From Oscillospiraceae bacterium (GTDB lineage Bacteria > Bacillota > Clostridia > UBA1212 > UBA1255), in the NCBI GenBank assembly GCA_015069185.1, contig SVJB01000008.1, positions 3,273-67,272 of the forward strand: a DNA stretch of 64,000 bases, read 5' to 3'. Shown here one piece after another: positions 57,819 through 64,000 of this stretch (the first letter of the stretch is position 1; every line of letters starts with the position of its first letter). Position numbers and translations under genes: made by a program. The notes under the pieces are model-generated. The model saw nothing but the letters and a program-made list of their open reading frames with translations. It did no database searches and was not told where the DNA came from.

Positions 57819-58703
57819 GTGAGGAAATTATCTATCGCTTTTGTTATATTTATAATTTGTAATATATTATATATTGCTCCTGCTAATGTATATGCAGCCG
57901 AGGTAATTGAGTATGATTGGCAGCTTTTAGGTGTCCGATTATTAGGGAACGATGCCGAGTATGATGAGTATTACGCAGATGGTGTCGTGAATCTCCGTTG
58001 CAATTATAGAAGCTGGGATAGTAAAAAGGAGTATTTATGGCTGATATCCAATTATGGTACAACACATGCTCCGTCTTCGCTATATTTGGGAGATAAATAT
58101 GATATGTCTATGATATCATCTATTACATTTGATTATGTTACAAATTCATCCGGCATAACAAAGAATCGCGTGTCATTTTCTGCTGACCCCAATGGTAAAA
58201 ACATTGTTGCTACTGCAAAAATCACTTCCGCTACAGAGGGTGCTCTTGCAAATCCAAAGAACCTCTCTATGGAAATTCTGGATAAGACTTACAAGGGGCC
58301 TATATATCTATATATAGAATACTCTACAAAAATGTTTGTGGCAAATCTTAAAGTGACTGCATCAGAGGATATGGGTCTTGATATGGCTACTCCCACGATT
58401 AAGCCCGGACCTACAAAGCGACCTCTTTTTACCCCGGGTGACACAACACCTGAGCCTGTAGCACCAACACCTACACAAACTCCCGAAGCTACAAGTTCGG
58501 TGACTACAGCGCCGGCTACAGAAGTACCTGCAACCCAGGCACCTACGCAACAGCCCTATAGCACAGAACAAGCAACCCCTGATTCTCCTGCTGTTGTGCT
58601 TGAGGAAAATCATAGACCGAATATTAAGTGGCTTGTTATTGGTTGTGGTGTTTCGGTTACAATAGCTGCTGTTTGCATTATCCTCATTTGGAAAAAAAGA
58701 TAA
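57819..58703 (+). CDS. Secreted domain protein with PT-rich stalk and C-terminal TM anchor
   Basis: There is a signal peptide (...NVYAAEV). An unassigned domain of about 170 aa follows, then a PT/Q-rich stretch. The sequence ends with a hydrophobic helix and KKR. Confidence 0.5.
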   Translation: MRKLSIAFVIFIICNILYIAPANVYAAEVIEYDWQLLGVRLLGNDAEYDEYYADGVVNLRCNYRSWDSKKEYLWLISNYGTTHAPSSLYLGDKYDMSMISSITFDYVTNSSGITKNRVSFSADPNGKNIVATAKITSATEGALANPKNLSMEILDKTYKGPIYLYIEYSTKMFVANLKVTASEDMGLDMATPTIKPGPTKRPLFTPGDTTPEPVAPTPTQTPEATSSVTTAPATEVPATQAPTQQPYSTEQATPDSPAVVLEENHRPNIKWLVIGCGVSVTIAAVCIILIWKKR

Positions 58704-58791
58704 TTGCCTATATACGTGAAAATTATTAATGTATTTACATTGTGTGACTTCATGTGTTAGAATCCTTTTAGCAATATTTTAGGAGGGCAAC

Positions 58792-59433
58792 ATGTCTGAG
58801 TTAGATAATAATGTTATAGATGATGTAGCTTCAGAAGTTACTGAAAGTCAAATAGAGCATGATGTGGCTATAGAATCAACAGAAGAATCAGTAACACCAA
58901 CGGATGACAGCCAGACTCACGTAGAGGAAACGGTGGCATCTATAGAGGAACCTGATAAGGTAGATGACGATTTTGTGCAGGCTAATACTGAGGTTGTTAC
59001 GCCAACCCACAGTCAATCATATCAAACATCTCCTGCTCCGGATAATGTTGTTTTACTTGAATATATCAGAGAAGAACGTGCTCGCCTGGAACGAGATCGT
59101 ATCTCTTTGGCTGCAACTCAGGAAGAGCTCAAAATCAGAAAAAAAGAGGAAATTGAATCAACACACTTAACAAAAGTAAGCACTTTCTTCTGGTTGCATT
59201 ATTTATTTAATATACCACTTATTGGATTTATCTGTTCTATTGTGTTTGCTTTTGCAGGTACAAATATCACACGTAAGAATTACGCAAGAGCGCGACTGAT
59301 CTGGCATCTTATCAGTATTCTTTGTACTGTACTTCTGGTACTCGGTGTATTGCTTTTGATAAGATTTTTATCGGGTAATATGACAGATTTATTTTCGGAA
59401 GATTTAGTATCCAAAATCAAGGATCTATTATAA
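58792..59433 (+). CDS. Acidic N-terminus / C-terminal two-TM protein, unknown function
   Basis: 213-aa ORF with a GGAGGG RBS; a D/E-rich first 100 aa followed by two hydrophobic helices. Confidence 0.45.
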   Translation: MSELDNNVIDDVASEVTESQIEHDVAIESTEESVTPTDDSQTHVEETVASIEEPDKVDDDFVQANTEVVTPTHSQSYQTSPAPDNVVLLEYIREERARLERDRISLAATQEELKIRKKEEIESTHLTKVSTFFWLHYLFNIPLIGFICSIVFAFAGTNITRKNYARARLIWHLISILCTVLLVLGVLLLIRFLSGNMTDLFSEDLVSKIKDLL

Positions 59434-59436
59434 TCG

Positions 59437-60750
59437 GTGAATAATATGAAGAAAAATTCTTTTGTAGCGTTTCTTAATAAAGAAAAGGTCAGGACCGCAA
59501 TAGTCTTGATTCTTTCACTTATATTGCTTATTGCATATTACGACCATGTTTTCACCAAAAGAGGTGGAGATAATGGTTCGCTGATGTTTGATCATAATAC
59601 GTATGATAGCTACACATTACAAGCTATGAAATGGAGAGAAGGACAGATTGCTATCATAGAAAGTGATGTTGAGAATTACCAGGAAGAGGTAAATAAGTAT
59701 GCATATCTGGAACTGGCGATTTATGAAGATAATTATTATCTTAGTTTCCCGCCGGTGCCGGCCATACCGATGTTCTTCCTTAGTTTTATTTTTGGTAGTA
59801 ATACACCAAGCAATTTTGTTAGCTTTATGTATGGCTTGGGTACTTTTGTGTTTATTTTCCTGTTGGCCAAGAGATTTAACTTAAAAAATGACTCCTCTCT
59901 TATCCTGGCGATGTTTGTTACAGTTGGATCATCTCTTTTTAATCTGACTCTATCAGGTAGTGTGTGGTTCATGGCTCAATCTTTGGCAATGTGTCTCACT
60001 GCGGCAGCTTTTTACTGTGTATTCTCTAAGCCCAAATGGTGTTGGTACTTGTCGATGTTTTTACTGGCACTGGCAGTAGGTTGCAGACCTTTCCAGGTGT
60101 TATATTTCCCACTGCTGATTTACATTATTTTCAAGAAACATAACTTTAAAATACTTAGAACATGGACGTATTTTATATCACCGGCAGTAGTTGCATTTTG
60201 CTATATGGTATATAACTATATAAGATTTGACAGTATTTTTGAGTTTGGACATAATTATTTGCCGGAATTTGCCACTCAGAAGGAAGACGGACAATTCGCT
60301 TTATCTTACATAAAGAGTAATGTTGATGCTCTTATAAAGGAAATGCCCAAGGTTACGTCCAACGGACTTGAGTATAGTAAATTTGGATTTTGTTTTTATA
60401 TTTCAAGCGTTATCTTTATATTGTTTGCCGCTGCGGTGGTATACAGACTTGTACAGGATTCATATACAGCAATCCGTACCAATAGAAAATTTGACATGGA
60501 TTGTGATAGGATAGGAGCAAGCATTATACTAGTAGCAATTGCCATACATATTTTCCTTGTATTATTGCATGGATCTCAGGGTGCGTATCAGTTTGGAGCG
60601 CGCTACATGGTAGACTGTGTGCCGGCGTGCGCACTTGGCGTGCTGCTATGTGGTAGGAGCTTCTTAGAAAGATTTAAAATCCCTGCTGCAATGTTATGTA
60701 TATTTGGCATTTTACTGAATTACATTGGTTCTCTTAGTGTAATTGTTTAA
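59437..60750 (+). CDS. Polytopic GT-C-like membrane glycosyltransferase (ArnT/PMT_2-like)
   Basis: About 10-11 TM helices. The first extracytoplasmic loop FDHNTYDSYTLQAMKWREGQ resembles the acidic D-x-x-x-Y loop of GT-C enzymes, and YYLSFPPVPAIP follows. The assignment is tentative. Confidence 0.4.
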   Translation: MNNMKKNSFVAFLNKEKVRTAIVLILSLILLIAYYDHVFTKRGGDNGSLMFDHNTYDSYTLQAMKWREGQIAIIESDVENYQEEVNKYAYLELAIYEDNYYLSFPPVPAIPMFFLSFIFGSNTPSNFVSFMYGLGTFVFIFLLAKRFNLKNDSSLILAMFVTVGSSLFNLTLSGSVWFMAQSLAMCLTAAAFYCVFSKPKWCWYLSMFLLALAVGCRPFQVLYFPLLIYIIFKKHNFKILRTWTYFISPAVVAFCYMVYNYIRFDSIFEFGHNYLPEFATQKEDGQFALSYIKSNVDALIKEMPKVTSNGLEYSKFGFCFYISSVIFILFAAAVVYRLVQDSYTAIRTNRKFDMDCDRIGASIILVAIAIHIFLVLLHGSQGAYQFGARYMVDCVPACALGVLLCGRSFLERFKIPAAMLCIFGILLNYIGSLSVIV

Positions 60751-60840
60751 TGTAATGTGAAAATATTTTGTGTCCCTATATTGTTATATAGATAATAAGA
60801 TGATATACTACGTAAGAGATTTAAATGGAGGTTACTAGTA

Positions 60841-61473
60841 ATGAAATATTGTAGTAATTGTGGTAAAGAATTACAAGATACAGATGTATTTTGTGGAAAT
60901 TGTGGCACTAAGTCTGAAGTTCCGGCAGCTCAGCCAGTACAGCAGCCTGTACAGCAGCCTGTACAGCAACCTGTAGAGCAGCCAACCCCTTTGTATCAAC
61001 AGGCAAATCAGCAGGCCCCTATATATGAACAGGCTACATATCAACAGCCTACATATCAACAGCCTACATATCAGGCTCCTGTGTATGAATATCAACAGCC
61101 TGATTACAATACAACTTATGTGGCTACACCTGAGGAGCCCAGTCTGCCGGTGAAGGACAGAGTGTTCTCTATTATCGGTATGGTACTTGGCATTGTGTCT
61201 TTGGTATGGGCGTTCTTAACACTACTTCTTGCTTTTTTGGTACCTGCGATGGGTGCTGGTTATGCGATTGCAGGTTATGTTTACGCAATTCCGGGTATGA
61301 TTTTATCATGTATCGGTAACAAATCCGGTAACAGTAAGATGGGTAAGATTGGTAAGATTTTCAGCTTGATCTGTCTTATCTTGTTTGGTGTGTTATTTGT
61401 TATTTCTTTAATAACAGGCGCAGCATATGGATTTGGCGATTTAGATGCGTACGGCAACTATTACTATTATTGA
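60841..61473 (+). CDS. Zinc-ribbon / Q-P-rich / multi-TM protein
   Basis: MKYCSNCGKELQDTDVFCGNCG zinc ribbon, QPVQ and YQQPT repeats, and three C-terminal hydrophobic helices. Confidence 0.55.
   Translation: MKYCSNCGKELQDTDVFCGNCGTKSEVPAAQPVQQPVQQPVQQPVEQPTPLYQQANQQAPIYEQATYQQPTYQQPTYQAPVYEYQQPDYNTTYVATPEEPSLPVKDRVFSIIGMVLGIVSLVWAFLTLLLAFLVPAMGAGYAIAGYVYAIPGMILSCIGNKSGNSKMGKIGKIFSLICLILFGVLFVISLITGAAYGFGDLDAYGNYYYY
60931..61080 (+). repeat. Short coding tandem repeats (12-bp x about 4.5, then 15-bp x 3)
   Basis: CAGCC(A/T)GTACAG units at 60931-60984 encode QPVQ. ACATATCAACAGCCT units at 61036-61080 encode TYQQP. Confidence 0.8.
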
Positions 61474-61510
61474 TTTTGATTTAACATAATAGCACTAAGA
61501 TTATTTGCAA

Positions 61511-61545
61511 AAGGTCCGATGCTTTTCAGTATCGGACCTTTTTTA
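61511..61545 (+). terminator. Rho-independent terminator
   Basis: AAGGTCCGAT (61511-61520) pairs with ATCGGACCTT (61531-61540), followed by TTTT. Confidence 0.8.
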
Positions 61546-61575
61546 AAATAAAATAAAAACATAGATTATTCAATC

Positions 61576-61603
61576 TTGCATTTAAAATGAGATAGGTTAT
61601 AAT
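61576..61603 (+). promoter_or_regulatory. SigA-type promoter for valS
   Basis: TTGCAT (61576-61581), 16-nt spacer, TATAAT (61598-61603). Confidence 0.5.
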
Positions 61604-61644
61604 TAACTCCGTATGAATTTTTAAAATAAGGAGGATGCATTATT

Positions 61645-63999
61645 ATGGGAAAAGCCGATAACATGGCAAAGACGTACGATCCCGCTGCTATTGAGAGCAG
61701 TATGTACAAAAAATGGGAAGAAAAAGGGTATTTCAAAGGCGTCGTCGACCATGATAAGAAACCTTATACTATAGTTATCCCACCACCGAACATAACAGGA
61801 CAGCTCCATATGGGACATGCCCTCAATAATACTCTGCAGGATATTATTATCAGAACAAAGAGAATGCAGGGCTATAGCACATTGTGGCTACCTGGTACAG
61901 ACCATGCTTCTATTGCTACAGAGGCAAAGATTGTTGATGCAATGGCTAAGGAAGGTGTATCCAAGGACGATATCGGAAGAGATGGATTCTTAGAGAGAGC
62001 CTGGGCGTGGAAAGAACTTTATGGAAACAGAATTGTAAACCAGCTTAAGTGTTTAGGTAGCTCATGCGACTGGGAACGTCTCAGATTTACAATGGATGAA
62101 GGTTTGTCTAAGGCGGTTTTAGAGGTATTTATAAAATTGTATAATAAAGGTCTCATTTATAAAGGAATCAGAATTACCAACTGGTGTCCTAAGTGTAATA
62201 CCTCAATTTCAGATATCGAGGTTGAGTACGAGGAGCAAAATGGTAGCTTCTGGTATATTAATTATCCACTTACAGATGGTAGCGGATATTTGACAATTGC
62301 TACAACACGTCCTGAGACTATGCTTGGCGATACAGCCGTTGCTGTTAACCCTAATGACGAGAAATATCAGCATTTAATCGGTAAGACTCTAATGTTACCT
62401 TTGGTTAATAAGGAGATTCCGATTATTGCAGATGATTACGTTGAGCTTGGTTTTGGTACAGGTGCAGTTAAGATTACTCCTGCTCATGACCCCAATGACT
62501 TTGAGGTTGGTAAGAGACATAATTTGCCAGAAATCAACGTAATGACACCAAGAGGAATCATTAATGAAAATGGTGGTAAATACGAGGGTATGGATAGATA
62601 CGAGGCAAGAGCTCAGATCGTAAAGGATCTGGATGAGCTTGGACTTCTTGTTAAGGTAGAGCCTTGTAGTCATAATGTAGGTACTTGTCAGCGCTGTGGT
62701 ACAGTAATTGAGCCGATTATATCCAACCAGTGGTATGTAAGAATGAAGCCTCTGGCAGAGCCTGCTATAGAAGCTGTTAAGAATGGCGATGTTAAGTTCG
62801 TACCTGAGCGTTTTGGTAAGCAATATATGCATTGGATGGAGAATATTCAGGATTGGTGTATCTCTCGTCAGCTCTGGTGGGGACATAGAATTCCTGCGTA
62901 CTACTGTCAGGAATGTGGCCATATAATGGTAGACCGCAGTATGCCTGATAAGTGTACTAAGTGCGGAAGTCATGATATCAAACAAGATGAAGATACTTTA
63001 GATACATGGTTCAGCTCAGCTTTGTGGCCTTTCTCCACACTTGGTTGGCCGGATAAGACAGAGGACCTGGAATATTTCTATCCCACAAACGTACTTGTTA
63101 CCGGTTATGACATTATTCCTTTCTGGGTTGCCAGAATGATCTTCTCAGGTCTTGAACAAATGAATCAAAAGCCATTTGATCACGTTCTTATTCATGGCCT
63201 TGTTAGAGATAGTCTGGGACGTAAGATGTCTAAGTCATTAGGAAACGGTATCGATCCATTGGAAATCATTGACAAATACGGTACTGATGCTTTGAGATTT
63301 GCTCTTGTATCCGGTAATAGCCCGGGAAATGACCAGAGATTCCTCCTTGAGAAGGTTGAGTCAGCTCGTAACTTTGCTAATAAAGTATGGAATGCAACAA
63401 GATTCGTTTTGATGAACTTTGATGAGAACCCCGACTTTTCACAGGTAGACAGAAACAAATTTACAACACAGGATAAGTGGATACTGTCTGCTTGCAACAA
63501 GTTAATTGCAGAAGTTACAGAGAACATTAATAAATTTGAACTTGGTGTAGCATTGAATAAAGTATATGACTTCATTTGGGATATATACTGTGACTGGTAT
63601 ATTGAGATCGTTAAGCCAAGACTTTTTAACGAGGCTGATGAAACCAGATTAGAAGCGCAGTATGTTCTTAATGATGTACTCGTAAAATGCATGAAGCTCC
63701 TGCATCCATTTATGCCATTCGTTACAGAAGAGCTATATCAGAGTCTGTATAAAGATGCTGAAAGTATCATGATCTCAAAATGGCCTGAGGTTGAGGAAAT
63801 TAATAATTATGAGCAAGATGAGAAAGACATGGAGTTCATTATTGAAGTTATCCGTACTGTCAGAAATATCAGACAGGGTATGAATGTACCTCCGTCAAGA
63901 AAAGCTCATCTGGCTGTAGTTGTACCGGAGCAGTACACATGCGACCTGCTTGTAGCATCTAAGGCTTTCTTTGACAGACTTGCATCTGCTTCCGATGTT
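61645..63999 (+). CDS. valS: Valyl-tRNA synthetase, 3'-truncated by the window end
   Basis: This ORF is not in the track because it has no stop within the window. An AAGGAGG RBS precedes it. The N-terminus reads [30 protein letters not shown], and [15 protein letters not shown] (HIGH) and [10 protein letters not shown] (KMSKS) are present. Confidence 0.93.
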   Translation, partial: MGKADNMAKTYDPAAIESSMYKKWEEKGYFKGVVDHDKKPYTIVIPPPNITGQLHMGHALNNTLQDIIIRTKRMQGYSTLWLPGTDHASIATEAKIVDAMAKEGVSKDDIGRDGFLERAWAWKELYGNRIVNQLKCLGSSCDWERLRFTMDEGLSKAVLEVFIKLYNKGLIYKGIRITNWCPKCNTSISDIEVEYEEQNGSFWYINYPLTDGSGYLTIATTRPETMLGDTAVAVNPNDEKYQHLIGKTLMLPLVNKEIPIIADDYVELGFGTGAVKITPAHDPNDFEVGKRHNLPEINVMTPRGIINENGGKYEGMDRYEARAQIVKDLDELGLLVKVEPCSHNVGTCQRCGTVIEPIISNQWYVRMKPLAEPAIEAVKNGDVKFVPERFGKQYMHWMENIQDWCISRQLWWGHRIPAYYCQECGHIMVDRSMPDKCTKCGSHDIKQDEDTLDTWFSSALWPFSTLGWPDKTEDLEYFYPTNVLVTGYDIIPFWVARMIFSGLEQMNQKPFDHVLIHGLVRDSLGRKMSKSLGNGIDPLEIIDKYGTDALRFALVSGNSPGNDQRFLLEKVESARNFANKVWNATRFVLMNFDENPDFSQVDRNKFTTQDKWILSACNKLIAEVTENINKFELGVALNKVYDFIWDIYCDWYIEIVKPRLFNEADETRLEAQYVLNDVLVKCMKLLHPFMPFVTEELYQSLYKDAESIMISKWPEVEEINNYEQDEKDMEFIIEVIRTVRNIRQGMNVPPSRKAHLAVVVPEQYTCDLLVASKAFFDRLASASDV

Positions 64000-64000
64000 A

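Noticed and set aside
61474-61644. Expected T-box leader upstream of valS.
   Set aside because: The interval is only 171 nt and is mostly occupied by the upstream terminator and a promoter. No specifier or T-box sequence is visible.
62395-63692. Minus-strand ORFs of 196 aa and 166 aa (62395-62985 and 63192-63692).
   Set aside because: They lie antisense to the clearly recognisable valS reading frame (HIGH and KMSKS motifs on the plus strand). Their composition and sequence show no protein-like motifs.

Overview
The window comes from a low-GC, endospore-forming Firmicute, probably a Clostridia-type genome. The sporulation genes spoIVA, dpaA/dpaB, cotJABC, yabP/yabQ and ftsK/spoIIIE are all present. 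I call about 60 protein genes and one tRNA-Arg(ACG). There is no rRNA and no CRISPR array.

Layout, left to right:
- 13-13344: a co-directional string encoding a Cgs/NdvB-like beta-1,2-glucan synthase split into two coupled ORFs (GT84-like membrane part plus a separate GH94 module). It is followed by transglutaminase-like, esterase and small metallopeptidase-like genes and an MBOAT + DHHW O-acyltransferase pair.
- 13360-23920: housekeeping and sporulation genes.
- 23955-26169: a small accessory islet with an IS3-family remnant, a RelB/DinJ-ParE module, a nitroreductase and a GNAT.
- 26269-33633: an HtrA-like protease, a GLUG lipoprotein with eleven 36-bp PT repeats, a tandem-OB SSB-like gene, a compact sigma-70 and an MFS transporter.
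- 34134-38088: a glycan-degradation trio (Asp-box beta-propeller, amidohydrolase, GH20).
- 38184-40517: the most unusual locus. A Y-family DNA polymerase homolog has substituted catalytic carboxylates. It faces an XRE repressor / ImmA-IrrE metalloprotease operon across a 172-bp spacer. That spacer holds two face-to-face near-consensus promoters and three GAAC-N4-GTTC (LexA/Cheo-type) boxes.
- 40527-47910: a GPH/MFS transporter-TetR operon, U32 peptidase-zapA, and a GntR-ABC operon.
- 48027-50581: a 74-bp tandem repeat (3.4 copies, each with a hairpin), a monocistronic tRNA-Arg, a 17-codon integrase-like stub and a G+C-richer AlbA_2/HATPase_c_4 gene. This looks like a decayed tRNA-linked island.
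- 50597-54619: a two-component-system cluster with paralogous membrane proteins and a duplicated 32-bp promoter-upstream element.
- 54786-61473: secreted and membrane proteins, several with PT-rich linkers, next to a GT-C-like glycosyltransferase.
- 61645 to the window end: valS, 3'-truncated, with no T-box leader.

All functional calls rest on motif recognition by eye. No database search was run.
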